From Malacoraja senta (Eukaryota), in assembly GCA_038087875.1 (NCBI GenBank), contig JAXLNO010000221.1, positions 62,001-108,397 of the forward strand: 46,397 nt of DNA, written 5' to 3'. Below are positions 46,050 to 46,397 of this stretch, piece by piece. The position numbers were made by a program, and so were the translations under genes. Within the stretch, counting starts at the first letter, position 1. Each line of letters opens with the position of its first letter. The notes beneath the pieces were generated by a model, which was not told where the DNA came from, made no database searches, and saw only the letters and a program-made list of their open reading frames with translations.

Positions 46050-46397
46050 GGCTGAAGTAGGTTTATATCAATGCAAGGAGTGATATTAAAGCAGATGAGC
46101 CTCGAAACTCAGTGCTTGAAACTCTAATGTTGTGGCCATTCCAGAGTCTTGTTTGTGAGAGGGACAGGACTAGTAATTCAATATTCCAGGGTTTAGCTGT
46201 TTTGGACATTATAGGGAAGTAAAGAAGGTGGATGAGCTAAATTACTTATCAGATAAAATATCACAGCTGACTCAGAGGACATACTGGAGGGTTCATCCAA
46301 TGGGGTCATATGCATATAGCTCAAAAATAAGAACGGCTCAATCACTCTGACGGGCCTCCTAAAAGCCAGCGAGAGATAGAGGAACAAATATGTAGAG
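46050..46397 (+). mobile_element. Old CR1 APE endonuclease 5' remnant (runs off the window)
   Basis: GLK*VYINARS, then GCAGATGAGC, GATGTT-like TAATGTTGTGGCCATT (VVAI) and GGACAGGACTAG...AATATTCCAGGG, paralleling 30775-31100. Confidence 0.7.

Overview
Eukaryotic, repeat-dense intronic or intergenic DNA. It is inferred to come from a cartilaginous fish (probably a skate or ray), because of its HE1-like V-SINEs, HER1/CR1-type LINEs and Deu-domain-like SINE relics. I recognise no host protein-coding gene, rRNA, bona fide tRNA or CRISPR array. Almost every ORF in the track is a piece of transposon ORF or its antisense shadow. Non-LTR retroelements include many CR1 LINEs (two young, near-identical long copies at 23012-25682 and 30473-35979), two L1-clade 3' fragments, an L2, a Rex1/Babar LINE and about 12 Penelope-like (PLE) fragments carrying minimal hammerhead-ribozyme-like motifs, several as fold-back inverted repeats. 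Other elements are a 684-bp solo LTR, an internally deleted PIF/Harbinger transposon and the 3' end of a hAT (CGGBP-like) transposon. The most notable structures are an L1 insertion flanked by a 326-bp direct duplication, a three-level CR1>L1>L2 nest, a 105-bp PLE/hammerhead mini-insertion with a 13-bp TSD, a perfect 15-bp palindrome in non-repeat DNA, and an orphan 59-nt exon-like segment. Family calls rest on motif recognition, not database searches, and boundaries of old elements are approximate.
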